Below are positions 62,861 through 64,000 of a stretch of DNA of 64,000 bases, in pieces. The stretch lies in contig CM059432.1 of NCBI GenBank assembly GCA_030390025.1, positions 60,638,001 through 60,702,000 on the forward strand, written 5' to 3'. This DNA is from Squalus acanthias (Eukaryota). The position numbers and the translations under genes were made by a program. Below the pieces are notes generated by a model, which was not told where the DNA came from, did no database searches, and saw nothing but the letters and a program-made list of their open reading frames with translations. Each line of letters opens with the position of its first letter. The stretch's first letter is position 1.

Positions 62861-64000
62861 TGTCATCACCCATCATGGATGACGAGGCCCTTATTTACAA
62901 GTGAACGTACATTTTGAAGGGAAATGCAGAGAGGGGCAAAGATACCTAATTTACTGGCCGTAGTCCAGAGGGGCAGAGCAGGGAGGGAGTTGGCGAGATT
63001 AGTTTGCAGCAGACACTTAGGGCATAAAACCTTCCATACCTCACTAACAGCATAATTAACTTAGTTTGTGTTTTATGACCATGTAAACACCATTTGATAC
63101 TGCAGCTATCAAGTTTGATAAACAAAATAGAGCATTATGAGAGTAACTTTTATCTTATTCTGCTTGTAGTTGCGATCTCTATTTTTTGCATTTTACAGTA
63201 TTAATGCCCTGCTTTTGGAATTCTCTCCACTACCACCTCCAACTTGTTACCACCCTTCGTAATTAATATCAAAAGGCTTCTTAAGGCTCTTCTCTTCAGT
63301 CCTGCTTTTACCACCCCATAACCCCTATTTTTCCCTTTCCCATTGCTACAGTGTCTGCTCTTTGTCCACTGTCCTATAAAGCATTTTGAAACCTCTCTCT
63401 GCAAATGAGGAGCACTTCAGGAATGCAATTGGTTCTGCTGTATTCTTAACTCCTACAGAAGGGAGTGCAAGGCAATTTGATTTATTAACAATATCAGTGC
63501 TACTCTTGTTCAGCCTTGGCTCAGTGGCAGCACTCTCACCTCGGAGTCCACTGTCACCAAGGTTGCAAGACACCATGCACATGGTCCACAAGTAGCATGG
63601 AGAACTGACCGTGCATAATTTTGTGAGGGTAATTCATTTACATATTGAGAATATGCTCCCTGCCCACCTTGGCACAGGCACCAGGAGCAGGCTCAATGTG
63701 TGGGCTGCTGGGAATATTTAACGGAATGGACTCACTTTAAGTTAAGGGCCATATATTAGAGCAAAAAATGTTTCAGACTTTCTAATCCTAAAAATGATTT
63801 CTTATTATTTATCAGCCTTTCCAAAGTTTGAATGGGATGAGGTGGTAGGAACTGTCAAGTAAAATAAAACAAAGGATGGCAAACCCAATGTGGGGCCATG
63901 AAGTGGAATGTGTGGGCAAGTTTCACAGCACACAAACCCCCTTTTGATGATTGCCAAAGTAAGTGTGTTGCTCCATGAAGCTGGTTGAGGAGGGTTGCCC

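Noticed and set aside
47669..64000. Next ASXL3 exon (expected SESKNG...LKRLKK-like)
   Set aside because: Acceptor-like sites at ~63197 and ~63457 do not translate to a matching peptide; the exon probably lies beyond the window, though it could have been missed by eye.

Overview
Eukaryotic, intron-dominated, repeat-rich window, most likely from a cartilaginous fish (inferred from the mix of CR1, L2, Deu-SINE, Penelope and Harbinger repeats). The host gene is on the + strand and is recognisable as ASXL3. Two coding exons (20545-20672 and 47551-47668) splice in frame to ...[40 protein letters not shown]... across a 26.9 kb intron; neither appears in the ORF track. Almost all long ORFs belong to transposons: many CR1 LINE copies (one near full length with an ORF1 esterase), L2 LINEs, a second CR1-group LINE with a partner SINE, Deu-domain SINEs, decayed PIF/Harbinger elements and MITEs, and Penelope-like elements (GIY-YIG). 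Best leads: (1) six minimal hammerhead ribozyme motifs in Penelope termini, including a ~100-bp ribozyme-only insertion with a 16-bp TSD; (2) two Penelope copies with near-identical ORFs and termini but unrelated 3' UTRs; (3) a candidate unannotated 76-nt ASXL3 exon at 13620-13695; (4) a degenerate ~50-60-bp motif-plus-variable-spacer array at ~31.8-32.3 kb; (5) several intronic hairpins, a locally templated inverted insertion and multi-level TE nests. All alignments were done by eye, and repeat boundaries are approximate unless a TSD is quoted.
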